Source: a virus (lineage: Duplodnaviria; Caudoviricetes). Taken from it: DNA of 61,652 nucleotides. Location: positions 1 through 61,652 of IMG/VR virus record IMGVR_UViG_3300025011_000043. The stretch is one strand, 5' to 3'. The stretch's first letter is position 1; the number at the start of each line of letters is the position of its first letter. Under the pieces are notes generated by a model that ran no database searches, was not told the origin of the DNA, and saw only the letters and a program-made list of their open reading frames with translations. Shown one piece after another: positions 37,190 through 47,071 of the stretch. Both the position numbers and the translations under genes were made by a program.

Positions 37190-37387
37190 GTGCTGAATTT
37201 GGCAGACTCTGAAAGTGCTTGGCAAAAGTTTGTTAGGAAAACAAAAGTTAAAATACAAGAGAAGTGCGGCACTTGCACAAGTGGCAGAAATACACCTGCA
37301 GGCGTTATGTGTGTAGAAAATCCTGTTATATCGTATGATTGTAAGCACTGTAAATTTCAGTATCACGAGGCGAAAACGCATGAGTAA
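37190..37387 (+). CDS. Cys-rich hypothetical protein
   Basis: RBS AGGAGG; CxxC motifs. Confidence 0.5.
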   Translation: MLNLADSESAWQKFVRKTKVKIQEKCGTCTSGRNTPAGVMCVENPVISYDCKHCKFQYHEAKTHE

Positions 37388-37865
37388 AAGATACCTTAAC
37401 AGAGATGAGAAGAACCAAACGTTAACACTGGCGGCGTTTATAGCTTTTATGTCAGAACGGGCAGAGGAGAGCGCAAAACTTGGAAGGTCAAAAGACCTGG
37501 TGAAGTTTTTGCGAACATCTAAAACGTATGCTGACAAGGCTCTGGCGCTAATTATGTTACCGCTGGATGCTGACGAGAAGGACAAGCTGATAGCTGAAAT
37601 ACCGAAAATGTCAGTTGTCACGAAGTACAAACGTGAAGCACTCAGGGAATTTGAAGAAGCTAAAAAGATTGACAGCGTTACTCCGGTTAGTACAGAGGAT
37701 TTTTTGGATATCGTTGACCATGCGCTTAGTGGGTTATGTGTGAAGTGTAAGCTGACAGGCGAGGATGCTGATACCTGCCGACTGAAAAAGTTGTTTATAA
37801 ATTACGATATCGAACCATTTGACTTGAACGCTCCGGAAGGGAAATGTCCTTATCAATACACCTAA
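37380..37865 (+). CDS. Hypothetical protein (DUF5651-like)
   Basis: KRYLNRDEKN N-terminus; C-terminal C..C..C..CPY. Confidence 0.6.
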   Translation: MSKRYLNRDEKNQTLTLAAFIAFMSERAEESAKLGRSKDLVKFLRTSKTYADKALALIMLPLDADEKDKLIAEIPKMSVVTKYKREALREFEEAKKIDSVTPVSTEDFLDIVDHALSGLCVKCKLTGEDADTCRLKKLFINYDIEPFDLNAPEGKCPYQYT

Positions 37866-37875
37866 GAGGTGAGAT

Positions 37876-38445
37876 ATGAACAAACTGCAAGGATTTAAAA
37901 CTTTAAGAGAATTAGGCATACCTGCTGCACCTTGGAAATTTATGACCGCTGATACAGAGTTGAACAATGGTTTATTGTGGACTGTTAGAACAGCGGTTGA
38001 AGTAGGCGACGATTATAACCTACCCAGGGCAATAGGGGTAACTGCTGAGGTAGCAAAACAGAAATATCTTGAATTTAGCAAGCAAGGTTTGAAAGTTATC
38101 TACTACCCTTATTTCAAGGCTTTAACTAGCGGTGTAATAGATATTTCAGCAGAACGCATAGTTATCGAAGGTGTTTATAGCGACTTGTGGAAGCTTGTTA
38201 CAGAGGATAGACCAGACTTTAGGGTTATGTATGCTCGATGTTACTTTTATAACTGTAACGTCCCTACTGATGGATTTATAAGACTTTTAGGCTATGCCAA
38301 ACAGGTTGCCGCTAAAATGAAAGGTTTTCTCGAAATGGGCAAGCACGTTTACATTGAATGGTCACTTGCCATGAGCGTTAATTTTCTAAATATGTCGCAG
38401 GGAAAACCTTATTATGTGTTTTACGAGTGCAGAGTCATTGATTAG
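37876..38445 (+). CDS. Hypothetical protein (ATP-grasp-like N-terminus)
   Basis: NKLQGF..L..LGIP..PW..WTVRTA. Confidence 0.5.
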   Translation: MNKLQGFKTLRELGIPAAPWKFMTADTELNNGLLWTVRTAVEVGDDYNLPRAIGVTAEVAKQKYLEFSKQGLKVIYYPYFKALTSGVIDISAERIVIEGVYSDLWKLVTEDRPDFRVMYARCYFYNCNVPTDGFIRLLGYAKQVAAKMKGFLEMGKHVYIEWSLAMSVNFLNMSQGKPYYVFYECRVID

Positions 38446-38455
38446 GAGGGGTTTT

Positions 38456-38659
38456 ATGTCCAATATTCTGGTAACTAAAACGTGTCCTGTATGCGGGAAT
38501 ACGTTTGTACCGCGTAACAACAGGCATACTTACTGTAAAACCAGTTGCCGTAAAAGTAACAACCGGACTAAACATCTTGGTAGTGGTGTTACAGTCAGAG
38601 GTAATCAAGTTACTGTAAAAGGCGCGGTAAACGTAACACTGTTTACATTAGGATTATAG
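38456..38659 (+). CDS. Zn-finger protein
   Basis: CPVCG..F......YC..SC. Confidence 0.6.
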   Translation: MSNILVTKTCPVCGNTFVPRNNRHTYCKTSCRKSNNRTKHLGSGVTVRGNQVTVKGAVNVTLFTLGL

Positions 38660-38676
38660 ATTAGGAGGGGTTTTAT

Positions 38677-38874
38677 GTGGAAAGGTGGGGTTATTATCAA
38701 ATAGGCTTTAATTACGGATTTCTTGGGATGGCAAGGAAGTTACCAGATAATCTGACAGACCAGCAACAATACAGGAAAGGTTATCAGGACGGCACAGCAA
38801 GAGCAAGACAGAAACAACCGCTTGTTAAGATGCTACATGCTGTGTTGAGGGGTAATAAAACTTTGGAGGTGTGA
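38677..38874 (+). CDS. Hypothetical protein
   Basis: RBS AGGAGGGG; operon context. Confidence 0.5.
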   Translation: MERWGYYQIGFNYGFLGMARKLPDNLTDQQQYRKGYQDGTARARQKQPLVKMLHAVLRGNKTLEV

Positions 38875-38910
38875 GTAATAAGGTTTATATTAGTCAGTCC
38901 TTGCGGATTT

Positions 38911-39165
38911 GTGCAAATTGAGGACATACGCAATAAAGAAATGATGCAAAAGTATATCGGTTATGCGGAAGATGGCAAAAAGACAATTAACTCAATTGCA
39001 GGTGGGTATCTCAGATCTGTATGCGAAGATTGCAAATACAAGACACTAGAAAAACCATTAGCAGGGCACACGATAACTAATCAGTGTGAAGCTCTCGTAG
39101 TCAAAAACAACGGTAGCATACCGATTGACTGGATATCTGCTATTACTAAAGATGCGGAGGTGTAA
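38911..39165 (+). CDS. Hypothetical protein
   Basis: Operon context; start uncertain. Confidence 0.45.
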   Translation: MQIEDIRNKEMMQKYIGYAEDGKKTINSIAGGYLRSVCEDCKYKTLEKPLAGHTITNQCEALVVKNNGSIPIDWISAITKDAEV

Positions 39166-39171
39166 GAGTTT

Positions 39172-39438
39172 ATGGCGAATGCTTCAATGGTTGTAGGGAA
39201 CGGGGTTAGTAGACACTCTTATCTTAGAAGTTTAGCGAATAGTTTACCTTTTATCGGTGGTGTGGATTTAGCTACCAAACCCGATAAAACAGCAGTAACG
39301 AAAAAGTTAAAGAAATCGGTGCATAATCACCCAAGGACGGCAGACGGTAAAAAGGTAGTTAGCTTGTCCGAGCGCAAAAAGGCGAAGCGGAAAATGGCCC
39401 GGAAGTCGAAACAGAGGAATTGTAAGTATGCCAGTTAG
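39172..39438 (+). CDS. Basic hypothetical protein
   Basis: RBS GGAGGTG; Lys/Arg-rich tail. Confidence 0.55.
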   Translation: MANASMVVGNGVSRHSYLRSLANSLPFIGGVDLATKPDKTAVTKKLKKSVHNHPRTADGKKVVSLSERKKAKRKMARKSKQRNCKYAS

Positions 39439-39698
39439 TCAAATACCGTTTTCTCTCACTTCTCAGTTTACCCGTTGACGCGGGTTGTCGAAATCGGATA
39501 TTGAGTTGATCAAACAATAGATAACTACCCTCTGTCGGGAGGATATCCGTAGAAGTTCCGGAGATACGCCGGGCGCCATATGTAAATAGACGTAAAACTG
39601 AACATGGTTAGGGTTGGTTGTAGTTAGTTAGCTACAATATGTCAATACGGTTCCCATACCCACATAGCTGATTAATTCGGTTATGGTGGCGCGGGTGT

Positions 39699-40379
39699 GT
39701 GAGAGAAGTTGTAAGTCTTAGTTTAGGTAAAGACAGCTCAGCATTAGCAGTTTATCTAAAAGAAAAGTACCCAGCAAGAAAGTTTGAATTTGTTTTTGTT
39801 GATAACGGGGCAGAGTTGCCCGAAGCTTACGCGTACCTACCAAAACTGGAAAGCGTAATATGTAAAATAACCGTTCTGCATAGTGACTTTGAGAGTATTT
39901 TGAGCAAGTGGGGTAACTTCTTACCAGGTGCAAATGCTCGGTGGTGTACCAGGAAAACAAAGATTGAACCGCTCAGTAAGTACATTGGTAAGGATAAGGT
40001 TTTGATGTATGTCGGGTTGACTGCTGATGAATCTAAATCTAGTAGGGGTTGGAAATGGCCCGCCAATGTAGAGACAAGCTATATTTTTCAAGATGAAGGT
40101 ATCGTAAAGGCTGATGTAGTTAGAATCTTGGAGTTAGCAGGCATAGGACTTCCCGATTTTTACGAATGGCGATCCAGATCCGGTTGCTACTGTTGTCCTT
40201 TCCAAAAGCGTATCAAGTGGGTGGAATTGTTAGAGAGACATCCGGGATTGTTTTGGAAAGCAGCAAGTTTTGAAAATGAAAAGTATACATGGATCAAGGG
40301 TTTACCGCTTTATGAGTTAGCTTTGAAGAAAGATGCAATCAGGAAAAGATTTAGTAAAAAGGTGAAAAAGTATGCTTAA
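39699..40379 (+). CDS. PAPS reductase-family (PP-loop) protein
   Basis: SLSLGKDS, DNGAELPE, RWCT..KI.P, RSGCYCCPFQ. Confidence 0.85.
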   Translation: MREVVSLSLGKDSSALAVYLKEKYPARKFEFVFVDNGAELPEAYAYLPKLESVICKITVLHSDFESILSKWGNFLPGANARWCTRKTKIEPLSKYIGKDKVLMYVGLTADESKSSRGWKWPANVETSYIFQDEGIVKADVVRILELAGIGLPDFYEWRSRSGCYCCPFQKRIKWVELLERHPGLFWKAASFENEKYTWIKGLPLYELALKKDAIRKRFSKKVKKYA

Positions 40380-40842
40380 AAGACTTATCGAAGTACAAAA
40401 TTTATTACAGCACCAGTGGGAACTGCTTGATCAAAGTAAACTGCCTGTTGATGTAAAAGCTATGCTGGACAAGGATAACATAGCAGCGACAATGATTATC
40501 AGGCAGTTAGTTGACGATGTGGAAACTAAACTAGCAATGGCGGGATGGACAAAAGGTAAGGGTAAAGTCAAGTATGCCGACAACGGAGAAGTAGAGCTTA
40601 CAGTTTACAGACATCCCGATTTTAAAGGGTTAATGATTCATCGGGATTTAGGGAAAACGTGCTATACAGTTTCGCACGAGAAGAGCGGTTGGCGTCTAGT
40701 TCCTAAAGAATTTAAGTCCATGCGGGCAGTCGTAAAAGCTGTAACAAAGCATATGGCACTGATTGATTGGGATAGAGACGGTGACGAATTATTGCAGGAT
40801 AACGCGGCTTTTAACGCCTATAGAGCATTAAAAGATGCTTAA
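40372..40842 (+). CDS. Hypothetical protein
   Basis: Overlaps upstream gene. Confidence 0.6.
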   Translation: MLKRLIEVQNLLQHQWELLDQSKLPVDVKAMLDKDNIAATMIIRQLVDDVETKLAMAGWTKGKGKVKYADNGEVELTVYRHPDFKGLMIHRDLGKTCYTVSHEKSGWRLVPKEFKSMRAVVKAVTKHMALIDWDRDGDELLQDNAAFNAYRALKDA

Positions 40843-41141
40843 TAGTTTAACGCAAAATATCAAATTAAGGAGGTGATTAAGATAACTTTATCGGATTTAA
40901 TCCAACTAAACAATACACTGGAAGGTGCAAAAGCTGACTTGGAAATGTCGCTGCGGGGCATCCGTGGTCAGATTGGCGCGAAAGAATCGACAAGGATAAA
41001 AGACCATCCGTTAAAATCCTGTTTGCCGAACTTACCGCGACTGAGCAGAATATCGAAAAGCTCAATAGCGCATCGATAGTTGTGGGTTGGGAAAGTAGAA
41101 CCTTTGTAGAAAGTTTAATGGATAAGGAGGAGATCATCTAA

Positions 41142-41480
41142 ATGCCAAATACCATTAATGTTCTGGAGCTTGCAAAAGGGGCTATCCAGGAACAAATCAC
41201 TAACGAACTGGGCAGGGTTTTAAACAACTTAGCGGATCCGAACACGGATTTTAAAACTAAGCGGAAGTTAACTGTAACATTGGAATTTGTTGTAGACGAA
41301 AACAGAGAATCGGTAGCATGTTCAGGGCAGGCAAAAGCTACTCTGGCACCGGTTAAACCGATTCTGACAAGGTTAAACTTGGACACTGACCGCAAGGGTA
41401 ACGCTGTAGCTGTGGAGTATGTCAAGCCTGAGAGCGACAGTGGAACAGCGGAAGTATATCAGTTAAGGAGCGTGAATTAA
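41142..41480 (+). CDS. Conserved phage protein
   Basis: LAKGAIQEQ..EL..VL.N..DPNT..KRKLT. Confidence 0.75.
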   Translation: MPNTINVLELAKGAIQEQITNELGRVLNNLADPNTDFKTKRKLTVTLEFVVDENRESVACSGQAKATLAPVKPILTRLNLDTDRKGNAVAVEYVKPESDSGTAEVYQLRSVN

Positions 41481-41956
41481 TGTCTAAATTTGAAGGTGTT
41501 GACGAAGTACCGAAAGTTTTTACTCCCGAACAAGTAGGCTATTTAGATGCCTTAATTGTGCATCACGTGACATACTTGGATAGTCAACTGGCTAATATTA
41601 TCGACGCTTGTAATCTACCTAGCAAACAGCGAAAAGCTGTAAGGTCTTTAATGCAGGATGCTCTTATTGATTATAACCGTGATTTTAAGGAAGATATCGA
41701 GTTGGTAACTGCCGAGGAAGAAGGTACTGAAGCACCTGAGATTGTTACCCATGTTGACGCTGTTTGTCCGTATTGTAGTGAGCATTTTAACAGTATGGCT
41801 ATACTCTGTGAGGATGAAAAGCAGCAAGGCGTAGAAGTTAAGAGTCTTTTAACCGAGACTTGCCCGCATTGTGACAAGGAAATGAAAGTCATCCATCAGT
41901 CAGCGGAACTTTGTGTACAACAATCTTTTGAAAAAATTGAAGAAGGAGTGAATTAA
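41480..41956 (+). CDS. Hypothetical protein with Zn ribbon
   Basis: CPYC...CPHC. Confidence 0.6.
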   Translation: MSKFEGVDEVPKVFTPEQVGYLDALIVHHVTYLDSQLANIIDACNLPSKQRKAVRSLMQDALIDYNRDFKEDIELVTAEEEGTEAPEIVTHVDAVCPYCSEHFNSMAILCEDEKQQGVEVKSLLTETCPHCDKEMKVIHQSAELCVQQSFEKIEEGVN

Positions 41957-41957
41957 T

Positions 41958-42677
41958 TTGAGTTTAACCGCCGATGCAATTGAAAAGATTTTAGAACTGG
42001 CACCGATGGAGCAGGTACTTTTGAATGGTGTACTGTATCAGAGCAAAAAGCTTTACAGGACAATAGAACCTAAACCGGAAGTGTTTAAGACTCAGACACT
42101 TGCCAGCCTGGTAGAGCTTATCAACAAAGAGCACAATCACGGCAGACTGCATGACCTGATCATCCATGTGTCAGATCCTACTGTAGTTGATGTCTACAGC
42201 GTACTGAGGGAGGACCTGGGCAGGTTCCATATCTACAAAGCTGTGGCAGAGTTACCACAGCAAATGTTTGGGCAGTATCAGGATTTAGAAAAAATGGTTA
42301 TCGGGTTAAAATCAACTTTTGTTCAGTCAGAGTCAAGGGATGCACTTGTAACATTGTTAGGGAATATCACGGAGGAAGCGGTTAAAACCAGTGTTGATGA
42401 TGGTATTAGTCAGACAGTCACCGCTAAGACAGGCATAGCTACTGTTAGCAAAGTGCCGGTTAATCCGATTCAGTTGTTAGCACCTTACAGAACTTTCGTT
42501 GAAGTCGAACAGCCTGGGAGTGAGTTCTTGCTAAGGTTGCAGAACGGGCCGAGAGCAGCAATTTTTGAAGCTGACGGTGGCGCTTGGAAAATGGTTGCCA
42601 GGGCAAATATAAAAGCCTATTTTGAGGACAAGCTTGCTGACCTGATCAGCTTGGGCAGCGTCGTAGTAACTGAATAA
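41958..42677 (+). CDS. Conserved phage protein
   Basis: DDGISQ, LAPYRTF.EVEQP.S.F, FEADGGAWK. Confidence 0.75.
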   Translation: MSLTADAIEKILELAPMEQVLLNGVLYQSKKLYRTIEPKPEVFKTQTLASLVELINKEHNHGRLHDLIIHVSDPTVVDVYSVLREDLGRFHIYKAVAELPQQMFGQYQDLEKMVIGLKSTFVQSESRDALVTLLGNITEEAVKTSVDDGISQTVTAKTGIATVSKVPVNPIQLLAPYRTFVEVEQPGSEFLLRLQNGPRAAIFEADGGAWKMVARANIKAYFEDKLADLISLGSVVVTE

Positions 42678-42947
42678 ATGATATATCCGAATCTAGCGTG
42701 TTGCTGTCAAAGCATACATCCCGGTTGTAAAAGAATTATTCAAGATTTAGAAAACGGTAGGTTATTAAGAAGTTGTAACACTTGCAAAAGGCGGTTTTTA
42801 AGTGGCGGTTGCATGATGCGAGATGACTTACAAAAACGTTGCCTTGCAGAAAAATACTGCTTCTGGAATGACGAACCTGTAAGCTATGAAAGTGAGTATT
42901 GCAGGCGTAAACGATTAGGTCATAATTACTATGAATTGGTTAGATAA
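42678..42947 (+). CDS. Cys-rich hypothetical protein
   Basis: Adjacent to upstream stop. Confidence 0.4.
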   Translation: MIYPNLACCCQSIHPGCKRIIQDLENGRLLRSCNTCKRRFLSGGCMMRDDLQKRCLAEKYCFWNDEPVSYESEYCRRKRLGHNYYELVR

Positions 42948-43125
42948 ATAGTCAACTGATTTACAGGACTAAACTAAGGAGGTGCAAAGCTTATGTAGTC
43001 GCTAATGATTTACCTTACCTACTTATAACCATACAGAAATTAAAAAGTGCGCCTCAGTCCGTTGTCGCGGTTAGAGGCGCCAACAAAAAAAATACCCACA
43101 TTAATTATAACGGAGGTTTTACATT

Positions 43126-43644
43126 TTGGATATTAATTTAAACGTGAGCATAAATGCGCCGGAACTGTGCGCTTCAATAAATAATCTTGCTACTGCCTTG
43201 TTAATGCAGAAAACCACTGCTGTTACTGGTGTTACCGATATCCCTGTTGACAAATCCAATTTTACTTTTGACTTGAATGACGCGGTTGTTGCGAAACGCT
43301 TACAGGAAGAAAAGAACGCTGCTACCGATAAACCGGAGCAAGTTGACGCTACTGTTCAGGATGCTGCTACCACTACTGATACAGCGGATAAGGTTGAAAC
43401 TGCTACCGAAACTACAGAAACTGCTGCTACCGCTGATAATAAACCCGCTACCGAGGAACCGCCGAAAGAGGAAGTACAGAAGGTTGAACTTGAAGTCATC
43501 CGCGGCATCCTCAAAGGGAAGGTCGAAGCTGGTAAAAAGGATAAAGTAGCCGCTTTCCTTGCCTCCTACGATGTCAAAAAGTTAACCGACATTCCCGCTG
43601 ATAAATTCACCACTGAAATGCAGGCGAAAGCTGAGGCGATATAG
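43126..43644 (+). CDS. Hypothetical protein typical of DUF2800/DUF2815 operons
   Basis: Thr/Ala/Glu linker and C-terminal helical KKLTDIP domain. Confidence 0.7.
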   Translation: MDINLNVSINAPELCASINNLATALLMQKTTAVTGVTDIPVDKSNFTFDLNDAVVAKRLQEEKNAATDKPEQVDATVQDAATTTDTADKVETATETTETAATADNKPATEEPPKEEVQKVELEVIRGILKGKVEAGKKDKVAAFLASYDVKKLTDIPADKFTTEMQAKAEAI

Positions 43645-44817
43645 TTGGGAGATCATGCGAAACTTTCCCCTTCGGGGGCCAGTCGCTGGATGAAATGCAC
43701 TCCTTCTGCAATGCTGGAACAGAGCTTCCCGCGTGAGTCTAGCAACTACGCTGAGGAAGGCACACATGCGCACAAACTAGCTGACTTGATACTTAGCAAG
43801 CAGCTAGTCGGAAACATTAAACCGGCGCTATTTAAGAAGAAGCTTGCCGAACTACATGCAAATGCTTTTTACAACGCCGAGATGGAAGAATCAGTCGGGC
43901 TATACACCACTCAAGTTACTGAAAAATATATGGCGCTTAAAAAGGATTGTCCTGACACTCTGGTACTGTTGGAGCAGAAGCTTGATTTCTCTCCGTGGGT
44001 GCCTGGTGGATTTGGCACAGGTGACGTTGTACTTGTAGCAGACGGGATATTAGAAGTCATTGATCTTAAGTATGGTAAAGGGGTGCCGGTATCAGCAGAG
44101 GGTAACCCGCAAATGCGTTTATACGGGCTAGGGGCTATCAATGCTTACGAAATGCTGTATGGGTTTAATATAATCCGAATGACTATCATGCAACCTCGCT
44201 TGGATAGTTTATCTACTGAGGAAATGACCGTAACAGATTTATTAGCATGGGCAGATGCCGAGGTAGTACCGAAAGCTAAAATGGCAGACAAGGGCGAAGG
44301 TGAATTTTGTGCAGGTAAGCATTGTCAGTTTTGCAAGGCACGAAATACCTGCAGGGCCAGGGCAGAGTACAATTTGGAGCTAGTCAAGTACGATTTCAAA
44401 AGTCCGGCTTTGTTGGATGGAGCTGAAATAGCGGATATTCTGGGCAGGTTAGAAGAACTGACAAGCTGGGCAGGCCATATCCAGTCATATGCTTTGGATC
44501 AAGCAGTTAATCACGGTGTAAAGTGGCCCGGATGGAAGCTTGTCGAGGGCAGAAGTAACAGGAAATACACTGATGCTGACAAGGTAGCTAATTTGCTACT
44601 TGATGCAGAGTACAAAGAGGAACAAATATATGCACCGCGATCCGTGCTTGGTATAACTGCCTTGGAAAAAGAAATCGGTAAAAAGAACTTTAGCGCTTTG
44701 CTAGGTGACTTTATTATTAAACCTGCAGGCAAGCCTACTTTGGCACCGGAGAGCGACAGAAGGCCGGAAATACAGTCACTTGATGCAGCAAAGTCTGATT
44801 TTGATGGGTTGGAATAA
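43645..44817 (+). CDS. DUF2800 / Cas4-like PD-(D/E)XK exonuclease
   Basis: HAKLSPSGASRW, EGT.AH, FGTGD, IDLKYGKG, QMRLY, C.FC..C. Confidence 0.88.
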   Translation: MGDHAKLSPSGASRWMKCTPSAMLEQSFPRESSNYAEEGTHAHKLADLILSKQLVGNIKPALFKKKLAELHANAFYNAEMEESVGLYTTQVTEKYMALKKDCPDTLVLLEQKLDFSPWVPGGFGTGDVVLVADGILEVIDLKYGKGVPVSAEGNPQMRLYGLGAINAYEMLYGFNIIRMTIMQPRLDSLSTEEMTVTDLLAWADAEVVPKAKMADKGEGEFCAGKHCQFCKARNTCRARAEYNLELVKYDFKSPALLDGAEIADILGRLEELTSWAGHIQSYALDQAVNHGVKWPGWKLVEGRSNRKYTDADKVANLLLDAEYKEEQIYAPRSVLGITALEKEIGKKNFSALLGDFIIKPAGKPTLAPESDRRPEIQSLDAAKSDFDGLE

Positions 44818-44906
44818 TGGGCGATATAGCAGATTACTATGTTGACAGACAGACGGCAGGCAAAATATCCTGCGGAAATTATAAATCGAAGGAGACTAAA
44901 AAATAT

Positions 44907-45470
44907 ATGGCAGTAGATAAAAAGGATACTAAAATCGTTATTGGTCCGCTTAGATTAAGTTATCCTAAATTATTTGTACCTGAAGCAAATGACAAGGGAG
45001 TTTTGAAATACAGCGCTGCTTTCCTTGTACCTAAGTCCGATACTAAGACAATTGCCGCTATAAACGCCGCTGTGGAGGCTGCAAAAGTAGTAGGTTTGAC
45101 CACTAAATGGAACAATAAAATACCACCTAACCTTAAAATGCCTCTGAGAGACGGAGATGTAGAAAAGGATGCGCCGGAGTATGCGGGTCATATGTTCTTT
45201 AATGCAAACAGCAACAACAAGCCTATCGTCCTGGACAGGGCTAAAAATAAGCTTGATGAGGATAAGTTTGGTGAGATTATTTATGCCGGCTGTTACGTAT
45301 ACGCCAGCTTTAACGCCTTTGCTTTTGACGAAAAAGGTAACCGGGGCCTATCGTTAGGACTGCAGGGCGTTATGAAGTGGAAAGATGGGGAGCGTTTGGC
45401 CGGTGGTGGATCAGTGGCAGACTTTGACGGTATCGAAGCTGAACCTGACGGGGATGATATGGGTTTATAA
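44907..45470 (+). CDS. ssDNA-binding protein (DUF2815 / T7 gp2.5-like)
   Basis: RLSYP, KYS..FL.PK.D, PLRDGD, YAGCY, GN.G...GL; acidic tail. Confidence 0.88.
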   Translation: MAVDKKDTKIVIGPLRLSYPKLFVPEANDKGVLKYSAAFLVPKSDTKTIAAINAAVEAAKVVGLTTKWNNKIPPNLKMPLRDGDVEKDAPEYAGHMFFNANSNNKPIVLDRAKNKLDEDKFGEIIYAGCYVYASFNAFAFDEKGNRGLSLGLQGVMKWKDGERLAGGGSVADFDGIEAEPDGDDMGL

Positions 45471-45523
45471 GCTAATTAGTTAATTAATTATCGGGCGGGT
45501 AGCGGTTTTGTTACCCGCCTTCG

Positions 45524-46339
45524 ATGGAAGGTAAGACGATGTGGGGTATCTATAACATCTTTAAAAAAGAATTTCAATTCGGTATACGTGAACCATCCGA
45601 GCGTAAAGCACTTGAAAAACTATTTAATAGAATAGGTAAAGATGCTTACAAATGGCGTTTTGAGGCGAAAGAATACCCAAAGACTAAAACAGTACACTGC
45701 CGGAGAAAGTATGACGTTTACATCGGCAGGCCATCCAAGTGGGGCAATCCTTTCTTTATTGGCGAGGACGGATCAAGGAAAGATGTTATTGACAAGTATG
45801 AAAAATACATCTTGTCAAGGCTGGATTTGCTAGCTGATTTGCACGAGTTGAGAGGAAAGACGCTTGGATGCTGGTGTAAACCTAAACTTTGTCACGGTGA
45901 TGTTTTAGCTAAATTAGCTAATAGTTTGGAGGTTGATAATTTGAATGGTTTGACAGAATGGTTTGGTAAAGGCTGTAGATATCAGACTTCTTCTTATCCA
46001 AATGCTTTGATTTGTACGCACGGCGATAACTATTACCCTGGAGTTAATTGTAACGGGGACGCATGTCCTTTGAAGATGCCAATCAAGAAAATAGTACAGG
46101 TCACTTTTGCAGGCAACAACGAAGTCCGTTATGACTTCTTTACCGACTTGGATCTAAATGTCGGGGAGGATGTTGTTTGCCACACAGTCAGAGGTTTTGG
46201 TATTGGTAGGGTTGTCGGACATGTTGACACTAGCACAAAAGCTAGAGATTGGATTGTTCAGAGGGTGGATGTGGAGAGGTACAAAGTACTTGTTGAGCGT
46301 GACCGGCAGGCGCGGGAAATTGATGGTATGTTGGGGTGA
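45524..46339 (+). CDS. Composite protein with DUF4326-like domain
   Basis: DVYIGRPSKWGNPF..ELRGKTLGCWCKPKLCHGDVL. Confidence 0.75.
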   Translation: MEGKTMWGIYNIFKKEFQFGIREPSERKALEKLFNRIGKDAYKWRFEAKEYPKTKTVHCRRKYDVYIGRPSKWGNPFFIGEDGSRKDVIDKYEKYILSRLDLLADLHELRGKTLGCWCKPKLCHGDVLAKLANSLEVDNLNGLTEWFGKGCRYQTSSYPNALICTHGDNYYPGVNCNGDACPLKMPIKKIVQVTFAGNNEVRYDFFTDLDLNVGEDVVCHTVRGFGIGRVVGHVDTSTKARDWIVQRVDVERYKVLVERDRQAREIDGMLG

Positions 46340-46809
46340 TAAATTTGTTTGGTGATGGGTGCGATTCGAGAGTAAAAATTAATGGTGTGTACTTCTGCAA
46401 GAAAGGCTTTTTTCATACCACTTGCACACCTGAAACCTGTACTAAAAAAGATTATGTTATTGCCGAGGGATTAATAGGCAAGGTGTTTCAGCAATTTAAA
46501 GGCGGCGTTTACTTAGTTTTAAGCGTTACACCCGCCAATATCGTTAAGTATATGCGACTGTCTGATAAAGAAATATTTGATAGACCGCTTAGCGAATTTA
46601 TAGGTGGCAAACTTCTACCAACTGGCGAAACTGAGCGGTTTAGATTGTTAGAAGGTTACAGCTTCACAGATGGCGCGCTGAATGAGCGAGAGCGGATATT
46701 GGATTTGATTGACCGTGAGATTGAATATTTAGAGTATCACGCTTACTCAGATAAGACCTTCGGTTTATACAGAGCGAAAGAAATCATTGAAAAATTGGTT
46801 GGTGATTAA
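46336..46809 (+). CDS. Hypothetical protein (DUF1653-like segment)
   Basis: FKGGVY.V..V.Y..RPLSEF. Confidence 0.55.
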   Translation: MINLFGDGCDSRVKINGVYFCKKGFFHTTCTPETCTKKDYVIAEGLIGKVFQQFKGGVYLVLSVTPANIVKYMRLSDKEIFDRPLSEFIGGKLLPTGETERFRLLEGYSFTDGALNERERILDLIDREIEYLEYHAYSDKTFGLYRAKEIIEKLVGD

Positions 46810-46811
46810 AT

Positions 46812-47045
46812 TTGACATCCACAGAGATAATTGGACTGAAAAACTCTGATATTATCAATGCTGCTGAAGCAAGAATGCTGCTCAGTTTAGATGAACTTTT
46901 AGAAAAAGCTAAAAATGATAGCAATAAAACGGTTTGCCCTGATTGTAAAAAACCTATGACTAAAGAACGTATCGAGAAAGGCCCGAACTTAAACTTAAGT
47001 TATAGGTTTGTATGGGTGTGTGGCTGTACAGTTAATTATAAATAG
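46812..47045 (+). CDS. Zn-ribbon hypothetical protein
   Basis: CPDC..W.C.C. Confidence 0.5.
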   Translation: MTSTEIIGLKNSDIINAAEARMLLSLDELLEKAKNDSNKTVCPDCKKPMTKERIEKGPNLNLSYRFVWVCGCTVNYK

Positions 47046-47071
47046 ATTAAATAGTTATCGTCGATATAGGT

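Noticed and set aside
43645-44817. Cas4-like nuclease as part of a CRISPR system
   Set aside because: Standard DUF2800-SSB-PolA replication context; no link to the RAMP cassette is visible
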